Below are positions 46,217 to 59,219 of a stretch of 64,000 bases of DNA, in pieces (the first letter of the stretch is position 1; each line of letters opens with the position of its first letter). The notes below the pieces were generated by a model, which saw nothing but the letters and a program-made list of their open reading frames with translations, searched no databases and was not told where the DNA came from. Position numbers and translations under genes: made by a program. Origin of the DNA: Elsinoe ampelina (taxonomy: Eukaryota); NCBI GenBank assembly GCA_010093995.1, contig ML992501.1:1080632-1144631 (forward strand), in the 5' to 3' direction.

Positions 46217-48143
46217 TGTGGACCGCAGAGATATGGGGAAAAGGTGCAAAGTGCAACCAACGTGATCTTCAAGCTCGAGACGAGAGCTCACCTATATAGT
46301 ACCTACCACTGCCAGCACGATCGGCCCTTTCTTCTCTCTGTCACAGGGGGCCCCGCATACCTAACACCGCTTGGCCCATCTTGACCACGGGCAATCTGCA
46401 ACATATTCGTTTTAGCGCTGATCTGTCGTGCGTCTGTTTGCATCTGGGGGACCGGGCGCAGACATGGTTACATCGACAGATGATAGGGCGGAGAAGAGCT
46501 TGGTCTGTGACGTGCGCAGAATCAGGCAGAGGGTTGTCGATCGAGGACATGGCGTTTGCGGCGCAAGTGATGCAGAAAAGGTTGAAGGTTTGAGCACGGA
46601 GCAGTGGCCAAGACGACCCCCGCGAAGGCAGCGGTGGAGCGGCTTCCCTTTTCGAGCATACCAAGGGCTCTACCAAGGTCTTGTCGCTGATGCTCAACCA
46701 ACACTCACCGAGACGACGGAAAAGCTGTCGGAGAGAGTCAGCCGTGCTCAGATGACCCTTTCTCACTCGCAAATTGCTGCATTATATTAATCGTTTGCGT
46801 CGGTGGCGCGACCGGTACGTTTGTCGACCAGATAAGACCCCCAACATGCACGACAAAGTCAATAACAAGGCAAACCCCATCGACGACCACAACGAAACAG
46901 AGTTCGACCAAGCTTCGCAAGACCACAAGACCGCAAGGCAAGCAGAGTGACAACCAAGACATTTCTGCATGCATCGAATGCTCACCGTGTCCGCATCTGC
47001 AAAATTTTCCTTGCTCATCTCACAGCAGTAACTACCACCGAACAATTCCGCCCTCACGCGGGACCTGTCGTCCAGACCACACGGCACGGGATCAGATCAT
47101 CTCCATCGCCGGGCTTCAGGACCTCATCGCCTTTCTCCCGCAAGCCCTCCCCGCCATCGCGCCCCGGCAGACATTGCCGCGCCCGCGATCAACCTCCAAG
47201 CCATGTCCCGCAAGCCACCACTGCCAGTGGCGCCCGCACCAACTTTAGGCCGGACATGCCGAAAGTCAACTCCATGTCTCATCGCGGTGGAGACACCTTA
47301 ACACGAGAAGGTTTTGTAATAATGCATTTCGAGCTCGCCGTGCGCCAACTTTGCCCGCAAAGTAATAACATGAGGGTGGATCTCCGCGCCGCGCAAATGT
47401 TTCTGCTTCTCCCGAGCCGCATACATCTAGACTACACCTGCCAATCCGCGTGGCACGGACAACAGTGCGGCGACAAAGCGAAAAGTAGGCAACTTACACG
47501 TAAGCCTTCCACCTCAGACATCATTGCATCTCCCTCCAAAAGATTGCTTGCACGACCCCACCCCCTTCATCAATCCCAAGTCATAATAATCCCCCCAACG
47601 ACATCATCAGGCCCTCCCCTCCATTTGCCTGAACCACCCTCGGCCATCCGATCCGAGCACAAACCCAGTTGGTATTCTCCACACCCAACACCCTCCCTCG
47701 AGTCACTCACGACGAATACGGACCATCACGCATCGCAATCAAATATCGCGCATCGGCAGTGCAACGTGAACGTACTTCTTCGCGTCTTCTAGCAGCGGCT
47801 CAGGCCAACATGTTGGGTATCCACGTCTTGCATCCACCGCTACGGCATCGAATCTCGCTCACGCCGTCTGTCACTCGACAGCGACGATCGTGGTTCCTCG
47901 CAACACTTCCCCTGTCCATCGCGCCTTCTTTGCATGTTCTAGCGCGGTCCCAACGAGACGTAGAACGTCCGTGATCGTCTCCTGCCGGTGCCCAAAGATA
48001 GCCCAGACCATTCCGACATCGCTGCCTTCAGACCTCATCCAGTATTCCAGTCCGACAGAGCCAACCCCATCCTGATCCCAACTCGAACCTCCAAACCTTC
48101 CAGGTCCAGACCAAGCCCCTTCCAATGCTCCAGACATACTCCA

Positions 48144-51100
48144 TCACTTCAACCCAAACCCCTCACTCCCCTCCACCGCCCCCCTCACCATCTCCACAAG
48201 CCGCTCCTTACTCTCCCACCCCCACAACTGAACCAAATTAAAACAAGTCCTCGCAACAGGGTACCTCTCCCTACCCTCCCTCCCCGTCCCGTCCCCTCCC
48301 ATCGCGATCCGCAACACCAACCCCGCCGCCCCCGTCGCCGGCACCCGATCACTGCTCGTGATAAACTGCAACAGCTTCCTCTGATCCCTCGGTTCCGCTT
48401 CGGAGAAATACTCCCAGAACCAGCGCACGACGGGGACTTGCTCGTCGACGTTCGTCTTGATCACCTCCTCCGGCCGGTCGGGGCGGCGGAAGTTTTCGTA
48501 CACGGCCACGGCGCGGAGGGCGTCGACGTCGATGCGCTCTTCTTCGGAGCCGCGGATGAGGAGCTCGATTTCTTCGGCGCGGAAGAGCGAGAGGGCGTTG
48601 CCTGCGCAGACGGTAAAGAAGCCCCGCTTGAAGGGCTCGAATTGGCGCGCGACGGAGATGTCGAGGAGGTAGCGGATGTAGAGGGAGACAAATTCGTGAC
48701 GGTTGGCGTTGGTGACGGCCTTGTTTTCGCCGCCGGGGATGAGGGGTTGGTCGGTGATGACGCCGTAGCGCTCGATGGGAACGGTGAAGGACCAGAGGTA
48801 AGTGTTTTCTACGTCACCTTCGTAATCGAGAAGCTGGCGGAGCCCGGCGGCGAGGGAGGGGCGGTATTCGGCAAGATCGTCCAGCGTGTAACTCATGTTG
48901 TTCTTCACGGGCGCTGATATGGTAGAAGGACTGGAAGGTGCGGAGGCCATGAGTTTGCGAAAGGCGAATGAAGGTAGAGCGACGTCGAGTATTGTTGAGT
49001 TATAGATGGCGAGGCCCAGAAGTACACCTACCATGTAGTACTGATCTGATGTCTCGAAGGAGTGAGGATTAAAGTAGCACAATTGTGAGTCAGGGTCGTA
49101 CAAGAAGAGCCCGTGGTAGGGATCGAAGATGTCGCGAACTAGCAAGAGGAACCATTCTTTCTTGAGTCCACCTGCGTCGATGCCCTCTTCGCCGGAGAAG
49201 TGTACCCGTAGACCTTTCTTGAGGTCACCCTGCAGTTGTCCCACGGCCTCTCCAATTCGCGACAGACTGTCCTCGACCACACACTCCCGCCGCACATGTA
49301 GATGAAATTGTACGTCTTGGGCCCGCCCGGAAATGACGTTGTTGAAGTATGTCTCTCGTGCCTTTGTTTCCATCTGGCGCCTGGCATCGTACTCAAGTAT
49401 CCTGATTTTTGACCCCATCGAGAGGAAGAAAGGATATTGGCAGAACGAAAACTTGCCCTTTCGTGCTTCCCATATCTTGAAGTCTCCAATGACATCTTGA
49501 TAGTCAAGCATGGTATTGTAGAAATCAGATACCGGCAGTAGCTGACCATGGAGCTTCGAGCGAGGTCGTGAGTCCAGAACAACGTCTTCAACAGGAGTAA
49601 GACTTCCATCAGGCTTCGGCCAGGAATTGTTGGCCGCAAAAAGAAGAGCCATGACTTTAGCGGCTGATCTGAGCTGCCAGTCATCGCCATAGTCAATATT
49701 CCCAGGTTCCTCCTTTTCGTTCTTCACTCCACCACTGAGACCCGCCGCAGTCTGGAGCTGCGTAGAAGTGCGCATCGCTGATCCCGACAAGTCAGGAATA
49801 AGCCCACCGTCATCCACGAAATTACCGCTTTTAGGGCGAGCTCTTCTACGTGCCAATCGGTACGAGACGAAGCTCGACACGAGATCGACGAAATCCAAAT
49901 ACCGGCCCTCTGGCATTCGACTGAACCAGCCGATCAAGTACCGATGGCACACTTCCGATGAGCCAACAAGTAATCCAAGACTCCGTTTCAGTATCCCTGC
50001 ATGCTGGCCGGGCTCTCGTGCTTGCTTCGCCGAGGTCGAAGGTCTTCTCCCGCCAGCGCCTCGTCCACGTGAGGCATAGAGCCTCCTCTCCTGGATATAC
50101 CTTGGGTATATAAGCGGATTCGACAAAATAACTATTAAGAATCTTATATCTTCAGGTTCAGCAAGTGGTCGTCCGGGTCGTCGTAAGATGTGCTCGGTAA
50201 CTTTGAATAGGGCCCGCTCTACATGTCCGCGAGCAATATTGAGATCCAGCTCTATTTCTGCGCGAAGCTTTGACTCGGCTTCGAATTGTTCCTGGTCGCC
50301 GTCCCGTAACTGCGTGATCCTCTTGGCTTTCTCGATCCACCCTCGATCTGGTGTCCTTGCTGTCTCGTACCACTTGTCAAGTCTTGACCAGTCGATGCAA
50401 GGCGATTTCGGAGTCACTCCCTTCCTTGATGGCGCAGGCCGTTCTTTGGCACGATCGGCTCGCTCCGAGAAATTTCGCTCGAGCCGTCCAGTCCACCAAT
50501 CTCCGTTCTCCATAAAGTCGCCCAGCAGGAGTGTTTTGGCGTCAATTTGAAACATTTCATCGTTGCGTGGTATTGCTTGCTGAGGCAGAGCAGGGGTCGA
50601 GCCGTCCATGGGTTCGGGCGGTGGTGTCCGCAGCGCACTCTCGCTATGTGTTCGGCCTGTCACTCTGGGTCTAAACGTGCTGAACGAAGCATTGAGTGAT
50701 TCATGCCGACCATAGTTCTGTTGAATGTGATCTTCCAGAGGTTTGAATATTCGCTTTGCGCGCTCGTAACGTTCCAGAGGTACTCTCTGATCGGGTGTCA
50801 CTGGTCCAGTATGCCTGGGCGGAGGGCGTCCTTGCGCCGGTCGTCCCGAGGGATGCCTCGTCGGCATCTGCGAAGGCGTACCTGGAAGGGGCGGTGCTTT
50901 CCGGCCTGGTACATTTGGGACCGGCTTTCGAGGGATACGTGTAGCAGGTCTTGCATTGTCCGACAGGGGTGAGGACGACAATTTGACTTCCGATGAGAAG
51001 GTGAGGTGGTCGAAGTCGGCGAAGGACCTGATAGATGCAGAAGGCGGCTCATCAGGAGTGGAAACATTGGACTCCACAACAACCTCTGGGTAATCTTCAA

Positions 51101-51852
51101 GTGACTTCCTAGGTCGAGAATCATCGGACGAGGTTCTACCTTGCGCGTTATTGCGAACAGCGATTGGACTTGAATGGCTGAAGTATGACTGATCGGTCTT
51201 CGGTGAGTCTTGAGCTTTCTCATTTAGTCTACGCTCCAAATAGGAGGTCAGACAGAAGTCAATGATAGCTCGCGTTCGCTCCACGGAAAGAGGTAGTATG
51301 GCTGTACAGCATTAGCAAAGGATAGACCGGTCGACCCTACAACGTACGACGCTGAGAAAGAGCAGGGTCTTCATCACCCGTTTGCTCTCCGTGCGTGGTT
51401 TCCGGCGGCCTGAGCGTATGTCTGAAAGGGACCAGGTCGTTGATGGTCAGGCAAGTTGTGCATCTGAACACTCTAAGGTCTCTTGGAAAGCGCACGCGCG
51501 ATTCACAACACATGCACAGCCGCGTTTGTAGAGCATCCTCGTCCAATCTCTTCTTGCCGCTGATTGCCCTCGAGGGAGAACTGGCTACCACTCCATCCAA
51601 CACCGGAACCACTGGGGTATCCCCACTATCATCTTCATCGACCTTACCCCACCCTAGTGAACCCCGCCTTTTCGAGAATATCTTCGGGAGGGGATGGCTA
51701 GAGGAGCGATTGTGCGAATGTGTCCGGTTCGGTAAAGATTCTTGAGGAGGGGCTAGCGGTCTTGTAGATCTAGGAGATGTCGCGGATAATGCTACTTCGC
51801 TGGTAGGTGTGGTCGGACCGGAGAGGAGGCGGCTAGGCCAGGTTGGAGGCAT
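48144..51852 (-). CDS. HECT E3 ubiquitin ligase, Hul4/Mug30-like; intron 51302-51347
   Basis: N-terminal CMCC..FRCTTC motif; FSFCQYPFFLS; LKKGLRVHFSGEEGIDAGGLKKEWF; catalytic YPVARTCFN..L..W; ends EGFGLK*. Confidence 0.92.
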
Positions 51853-52555
51853 CAGGCTTCATCTGCGGTCACTCTGCTTTCGCGTTGTACAAGAAGATGC
51901 TTTGTAGGTTGCTGAAGGTAGGCAGGAGGAGAAAGGACACTTGCTTGACCGGGCGCGCGTTTGCACTGTCGATCGAGGCAAGGTCGCGGAGTTCGTATTG
52001 AGGCAGTTGCGGCTCAACTTGCTTGACGGTCAGGTCGACTTAAGCTCAAGCGGCCCGTTTTCTGTCAAGCGCTTCACGGAGGTTCGCAGACGCAAAACCA
52101 TCTGACAGACAAATGACAGGCTTGATGTGTACGAGGGCGCAGTTCCGTCATGGTCAGCCCTGAAACATTTCGGACCGTCGAACACGAAAGGGCAAAGGTG
52201 ACATGGGCTGGCTGAAGTCATCTCCACAAATTCTATTCTGAGACTGAGGGATCACGAATGCCTCGCGTTTACGCAGACTGCTTTTCAGCAATGCAGTCGA
52301 TAAAAGCCATTCGGCATGGAAGTACAAGCACGAGAAACGCAATCAGCTTCGGAAAGACAGCAAGATGAGTCTGATCATCGAGGATTCGTATTCGGATGCA
52401 GCTACCCTGCGTGCCATGCTCCATTGATCTGTCGCACAAAAAAGAATCGCTTCTCGCAATGCTGTGCTTTTCCGACTTGGTCGACGACATTCCTGCAGAA
52501 GAGATCGAGGATACGTCTGAGCACTTCCAGTATACCTTCACCACTACTTCCCCGC

Positions 52556-53295
52556 TCACCTGTAGCGCCACAAAGACAAAGTGTTGTGCTTCTTCCAGAT
52601 CTTTCTGCGGCCGGACTTGGAGTGGTTGAAACCGTGACCCTTGCCAATACCTCTGTTGTGCTTGCCGGTAGCGGTAAGACCGCGCATCTCGCGGTGCTTG
52701 TGAACAGGGTTGGCGATCCAGTTGATACGGGCATCGCGGCGGATAGCCTTGTGCTGGGGGTCAACGAGGATGACCTCGAAGTACTTGTAGGTGGAGTCCT
52801 GGTTGATCCAGTAGGAGTTGAGGACACGCAAGTTGGCGCAGCGACGACCGACGCGCTCCTCGGCGGTGGAACGGAGAGATCGCTGGGACTTGAGCTGGTT
52901 CACACCCTGGTTGGTAGGCTTGCCTTGACGGGTTGTCAGAACACATGTTCACCAGATGTAACCCTTCTCTCTTACCATAAGTGGCACCCTTGGGGGCCAT
53001 TCGCTTGCGACCTCCACGGCGGACTCGGACACGGTAGATGACGAAACCCTGCTTGGCCTTGTATCCAAGACGGCGGGCCTTGTCGGGGCGGGACGGGCGA
53101 GAGGCGCGGTGGATGACATTGAGTTGACGGAGCTAATGATGTACTCTCAGCAAATGTTCAACGAGTAGCATCATTGACATCAAAGATGTCGCTCGGGGTG
53201 TCTCATACCTCCCAGCAGCGGACACGGAGAAGGAAGCGCAGCACATCAGACTGCTTCTTCTTCTGGAGCTCCTCGACGTACTTCAGGGCACCCAT
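52556..53295 (-). CDS. RPL15: 60S ribosomal protein eL15; coding introns 53133-53208 and 52924-52975; 5'UTR intron ~53296-53355
   Basis: [58 protein letters not shown]...[23 protein letters not shown]...LSLWRYR*. Confidence 0.99.
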
Positions 53296-53504
53296 CTGGA
53301 CAATTGTTAGCCTGTGTCTACAGAATTGGGATCTTTATCATTTCGCTAGACTGACTTCGAATGACTTAGGGTGGTTGTCGGTATTGTTGAATTTGTCGCT
53401 GGTGTCGCGAGTGCAGAAGTGAATTTCGCAGCTTGGGAATTTTGCGATGGTGTGGGTTCGTGGTGATCCGTGCGCAATTCTTCTTGGCAAGAATTATTAC
53501 TATG

Positions 53505-53513
53505 GTCACGTGA
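53505..53513. promoter_or_regulatory. Cbf1-type E-box upstream of RPL15
   Basis: GTCACGTGA ~150 nt upstream of the 5'UTR intron donor. Cbf1 sites are known in ribosomal protein promoters of some ascomycetes. Confidence 0.45.
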
Positions 53514-53594
53514 TAGACCAGGATCCCCAAAAATTGCGCGAATGATCCTCGTTCCAATATTTATTTCGCATAGTTGTTGTGCTATGGATTCTGT

Positions 53595-55172
53595 CTATCT
53601 TAAAAACCGCTCAAAGCGTCCCTCGTGTGGTGGCGTCTGCATCAATGCACTGGCACGACCAGGATTATCTCTCCTGCCTGCCCATCGTCTACGTTCCTCA
53701 TCCATTTGTGGGCTTAATTCCTCCTGCACGTTCTCCTGTTGTCGCATCTGAGTCCTCGGCCCTCCGAGATTGTGCCCTGACACAGATTCGAAGGTCGGAC
53801 TTCTCCGGTCATCAGCCAATGTTGGTGCAGTGACAGGTGCCGTGACCGTCGGGTACCGCGACTCACCAGGGGGGATCATAGCGGGGTGAAGGTCGCGCGA
53901 AATGGCATTCCTTCGCCTCGCCACAGCATATCTCGACCCTGGGAGACCGGTTTGTCTGGTTCGAAGCTCGGCAGGGGTCTGTGGTTGGAATGCGGCGGGC
54001 AAGCCGTCATCATAGACAGGGAGCCGTGGTGTCCTAGATGCTCGGACAGCTGCTCGCAAAGGAGTCCTCCTTGGTGTCTGTATTTGGCTCACATCTTGAA
54101 CTCGGACAGTTGGAGATTCCCGCCAATTGGACTCGACACCATGTTGGAATGGGTGAGGAGAAGGGGAGTGGGTGGATCGTCTTATTCCAGCACGTGGTGA
54201 TACAGCGTCCTGTAACTCAGAATGCATCGGATAGCTGGTCATCCTGCTTGTTGCCCGTCGACGCTCAACGTTTCGAGGCCGATCTCTGTCAGAATGTGTT
54301 TGTCGTGCTTCCCCAGGAAGTATCCATGGATCCGCTCTCAATGACATTACATGATCAACCTGGTCAGTCCTATCTGAATAGAAAGTGTGGCCATGCAATA
54401 GTGGTGTCGATACCACGAGCTCAGATTGGACGAATGGTGATCGCTCGACTTGCTCAAGTCTCGAGTCAGCCATGCGGAGCTTTGTCATGAGTTCGTCAAG
54501 AGGAGATGAGTCCAGCGGGGATAGCTTCTGGTCTTCCGACGAGCCGGAGATCAGACCGGATGCTGGAGCGTGACCTTGGATTGGCGATGGTGCGTGTATG
54601 CTCGGAGCCCGCACTCTTCCGGCTCCTCGAATGATGCAAGACTTTGATCGAACACTCGCCAGGCCGGAAGGATCGTTCTCTTTCTTGGCTTGTAATAGTG
54701 GCATTGATTGACTTGCAAGGAAGGGGGAATGATGTTCAGTATGAAGCTGCACTGGCATACTCCTGCCCACGTGGATTGCTTGCTCTCGTGAAGTGTTTGA
54801 CAGATAGTTTGATAGTGCCGAAGTATGCTGTGGAAGATTGGAGTAGTCGTCGGATCGATTCTCGTCCTCGTCCTCATAGGAATGATGCTGGATCGAGTGA
54901 CCGTGGATAGCGTGCGAGGCATTTGGATGAGACTTGACCGATGGAGTAACAATTGCGTCTGTGACGCGTCGGCTCGGACCAGATCTGACAATCACCTGGC
55001 TGGGAGGAGGAGCCGAGTGTTTTGAGTTCCTTGTTGGTGGTAGACCAGTCGGCCTCCTTGGGATCAGATAGCGGTCATTGCGAGTCTGGAGGCTGGATCG
55101 CGTGCGGCGCAAGTTGTACTCTTCCATGTCCTCCTGACTTATAATGACCAATGACGGTCGACCGCGCAACAT
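53595..55172 (-). CDS. Largely disordered 525-aa protein with a Cdc26-like N-terminal motif
   Basis: Uninterrupted ORF. ATG 55172 gives MLRGRPSLVIISQEDMEEY; Ser/Pro/Arg-rich body; VYDDGLP..QPQTP near the C-terminus. Confidence 0.7.
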   Translation of the reverse strand: MLRGRPSLVIISQEDMEEYNLRRTRSSLQTRNDRYLIPRRPTGLPPTRNSKHSAPPPSQVIVRSGPSRRVTDAIVTPSVKSHPNASHAIHGHSIQHHSYEDEDENRSDDYSNLPQHTSALSNYLSNTSREQAIHVGRSMPVQLHTEHHSPFLASQSMPLLQAKKENDPSGLASVRSKSCIIRGAGRVRAPSIHAPSPIQGHAPASGLISGSSEDQKLSPLDSSPLDELMTKLRMADSRLEQVERSPFVQSELVVSTPLLHGHTFYSDRTDQVDHVMSLRADPWILPGEARQTHSDRDRPRNVERRRATSRMTSYPMHSELQDAVSPRAGIRRSTHSPSPHPFQHGVESNWRESPTVRVQDVSQIQTPRRTPLRAAVRASRTPRLPVYDDGLPAAFQPQTPAELRTRQTGLPGSRYAVARRRNAISRDLHPAMIPPGESRYPTVTAPVTAPTLADDRRSPTFESVSGHNLGGPRTQMRQQENVQEELSPQMDEERRRWAGRRDNPGRASALMQTPPHEGRFERFLR

Positions 55173-55967
55173 CTCCGATGAGCACGATGCATGCCAGCGC
55201 CTCGGGTGATGTATGCGGCATTGTGATGACCACGACGGACTGCGGAATACACAGAAGAAATAAGGAAGGAATGTCTGGAGCGTACTTTCCAAGATCCTCT
55301 CGCGATCTTACGGTGGTAGACGACAATGGAACTCGAGCTGCAGTCCGACTCTGCCATCGGCGCATTCAGACATGTTCATGGTATTCCTCACCCTAATAGA
55401 CCAGTGGATCATTCTAATGCTTTCGGTATGGTGCAGGCTCGCTACACATTTCCGCTCTGGCACGTCAGATCGGGCTGGCAGTATCCAGGAGGTAATTTGG
55501 CAAAATATCGCGTTGGTATCTGGCCCTCGATGAAATTTCTGGTCGAGAATTCATTAGATTGTAAAGATTGGCTGGAACTTCTTGGTGATGATGCGCGGCC
55601 CAAGATGTGTCGTTGGCCCGTGCATGACTCGGGGACGACATCCAAGGATCCTCGATTCTACGCTTGAAGCCCCAAGTCTGCGAGATAATTCTCTTTGGAA
55701 ACCCGTGTTTCTTGGATTCCTCACTCACGTCAACTGATTTTGCATTGACCCTAAGCGCATAGCTGTGGTATTCCAGACGCCGCTCACACCACCAATATAC
55801 TGTCACTTACGACGAACAGCCGGACCGAGCTACTGCCGAGCCATTTCAAGCACACGAGGCCCCCAGGTCAGACAGCATATCACAATCCTACCCTTCCCCA
55901 ACGCAATCTGCATGCAACGACATAGGTGCATGTGCGTTCAAGCTGACAGACTGTCGTCCGTGGCATC

Positions 55968-58537
55968 ATGAATGGCGACCTGAGCCTTTCAGGTTCGCTT
56001 GGTGGCCTACGCATCGCGAACCCCGACGACGATGGACCTACCTCGACCGACTCTCCTTTGAGCCCAAGCACGATAGAGAAACCAATCGACAGTGATGCTT
56101 CATCCATCAGCCAGCACTCGACCAGCACAATACGAGACTTGCGCCAGGAGTCAACCACCAGCTCGGACTCGACGACATTGACCAGCCTCGAGGGGGGCAG
56201 TGCACCGCAGGTCTATGATCAAGATGTTGGAAGGCAACAACATTCGTCTGCGGGCTTCTATCAATCAAATCAACACGCCCCCTCCGAATATGAGAATCTC
56301 CGGCGAATGGTTCCTGGCAACGATGCTCGACAAAGACCAGTATCTGCAGTCTACAACCACCCCAATACATCTACAAGCTCGAACGTTTCCGCGCGAGATG
56401 GCAATCGATATGTTGGAGATCTAATGGCACAACAGCAAATTGGCATTTCGAGAAGTACTTCGCGGAGCGCGTCGCATCCCATGGGTCAAAACTATCCCTC
56501 GAGACAACCCAGCCAAAGAGACAGATACCGACAAAGTCAACAATACCCCAATGCGCAATACGCGACATCCAATGGGGTCATCCCGCCAAGGAAAGCATCA
56601 CAACGAGCACCAATGCAGCATTCCAATCCCAGTCAAGTGAATCAACTTTCGGGAGCTCCATATGCTATCGAGGGAGGACCAATTTCGAGTAGTGAAGACT
56701 GGAAAGAACGAGGAGCGGCGGTTTCGACACGTCGGGAGATCGATGCGAATGGAAATCCGGTGGAAAGGGTGGTGAAGAAAGGTGTCAACGATTTCGAGTT
56801 TGGCGAGGTTCTGGGAGAGGGTTCATACAGTACGGTTTTCAAGGCGCAAGACAGGCAAACGGGGAGGGACTATGCTATCAAGGTGTTGGATAAGAGGCAT
56901 ATTATCAAAGAGAAAAAGGTAAAGTACGTGAACATTGAGAAAGATACCCTGAATCGCTTGACCGAACACCCTGGAATTGTCCGCCTGTACTATACTTTCC
57001 AGGACGAACGATCGCTGTATTTTGTTCTGGACATTGCCGCTGGAGGGGAGCTTCTTGGAGTACTTAAAAGGACTGGAACTTTCGACGTGGACTGTACTCG
57101 GTTCTATGCTGCTCAGATTCTGGATTCCATCGCCTACATGCACTCGAAGGGGGTGATACATCGCGATTTGAAGCCGGAGAATGTCCTTCTGGACAGCAAT
57201 ATGCACACTAAGATTACAGACTTTGGGACAGCCAAGATACTCAGTGTCAAGACCGACAGTGGAGCAAGGGACGGTGCTGGTCATCCTCTGGATGGGGCGG
57301 ATAGTGATCGGGCAAAGTCATTTGTCGGTACAGCAGAGTATGTGAGCCCAGAACTGCTGACAGACAAGAATGCTTGTAAGGCGAGCGACCTCTGGGCATT
57401 TGGCTGCATAGTGTTCCAGCTTCTGTCTGGTCGACCACCTTTTAAAGCCGGCAACGAGTACCAGACCTTCCAGAAGATTGTCGCGCTCGACTATCAGTTT
57501 CCAGATGGGTTTCCTTCAGTCGCAAAAGACCTGATTCAAAGACTACTCGTCCTCGATCCCGCACGGCGATTACCGATTGATCACATCAAAACTCATGCCT
57601 TCTTCGACGGGATACAGTGGGGTAGGGGCTTGTGGCGTATGAGAGCTCCAAACCTCAAGCCGTACGTCCCGCCTCCGAAAGAACCGATCCGATTGAACGG
57701 TACGAGCACAAATGTCCCGGCCACATCTTCACGTTCGCAGGGTACAAGTCCGGCACACACAGGTGCAGCGCACATCCGACCACAGCTCCGGGCAGTGACC
57801 GAGCTTCCGCCACCGTCTCAACTCGACATTGACTGGTCACCCGTACTCACGCGACCCAATGAGAGGATCCTGAAGATGGGCAACTTGATAGTCACATCGT
57901 TGCCATTACCTCAAAGTCCCCAGCAAGGTAGTTCTGCGGACACTCCAAAGAAATTTTCACGCTTCTTCGGAGGGGGCACCACCAAGAAGAAGCAACGGCT
58001 GGTCATGATCACATCCACTGCTCGCATCATCGTGGTCGCGGCCGGTGGGGAAGAGAAGAAGGCAAAGATGCTACTGTCTCTCACAGAGCCCGGCGTAGTC
58101 TGTCGGGACTATGTGGATGTGCGCGGACTGACGGCATTCTGCGTCGAGACCGTAAGTTTCATATCCTTCTACTACGTACGAGCAGGCTGACAGCACCACA
58201 GAGAGACAAACAATTTACCTTCGAAGACCCTCGAGGCAGCACCTCCGACCCCGACGGCTCCAAATACTCAACCAAAGAATGGATGGAAAAGATTGACTGG
58301 GCGAAAGAGCTCGCCGCTTCCCAATCCGTCGCCAACTCCTTCTCTGCCGATACTGATTACAGCGAGCTGGGCTCCTCAGCCCCCAGCCCCAACAGCGCCA
58401 TGGGCTCCGACCTACATCTCGACCAGTCCGCCCACCGCAGCGTCCTCCGCCGCGACGGCGACAACGAAAGCCTCCGCAGCCGGAAGAACCGCTTCTCGAA
58501 ACGGCACTCCAAGAGCGGACTCGCGGCCGTGTTTTAG
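55968..58537 (+). CDS. PDK1-family Ser/Thr kinase (Pkh1/2, Ksg1-like) with a C-terminal PH-like domain; intron 58152-58201
   Basis: LGEGSYSTV, YAIKVLDKRHIIKEKKVKYVNIEK, HRDLKPEN, DFGTAK, RAKSFVGTAEYVSPELL. The intron joins the last exon, which ends SGLAAVF*. Confidence 0.96.
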
Positions 58538-59219
58538 GAACCACATCGCCGGACACGAATCCGCAAGACGAATTCATCCATTGCATCGTCACTCTCGTGA
58601 CGCTCTCGCTCTTTTGAAACTTCACGACTCCCACCATTGGCTTAATACTCCTCGCCGACATGACTCACGACACGACTTGGCTTTCAGGCCGACTACTCTC
58701 GGCCGACGACTTGCGCTCCATGAGAGCGAGACTGTACTCTACCTCGCATCTACCGTGCTTTTTTTTTTCTTTGTTGCAGGCTATGCCACATATATAATCA
58801 CCTCAATAAGCGCATGGTGTTTTTGGCGCTTTTGGAAGAAGGAAAGGCATTTGCTATCATCGCCCCGACTATAGGGGCCACCACAACCTGACGGTCTTTA
58901 ATTGTGTAATTCGAAGCGGGGGAATGTAAAAGGGGAGTTGACCATAGTCAGGGGCCAGGATACGGTTGCTGGACGGATGTGACCGGTTGGCTTGCATGAA
59001 GGAAAGGACCAGGGGAAGGTTGAATATACGTAGATGGAGCATGAAGGGACAAGACACCTTGATCTGCCTCTCGTAAAGACGTGTTTGACAGTGTTGATTG
59101 AGTTTTACATTTCGATTTTGGTCCTCCCAAACCGCCTGCATTTTTCCAGCGACTTGTGCAGTCTGGGTATACCTGCCTTCCTGATGATACGCCGGCCACT
59201 TTACCTGCCACTCGCCTGG

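Noticed and set aside
46947..47792. 281-aa ORF in the long intergenic region
   Set aside because: Non-ATG start, no recognisable motifs, composition like non-coding DNA.
47988..48917. 309-aa plus-strand ORF
   Set aside because: Antisense to the HECT domain; no independent protein features.
52316..53041. 241-aa ORF opposite RPL15
   Set aside because: Typical antisense frame of a highly codon-biased ribosomal protein gene.
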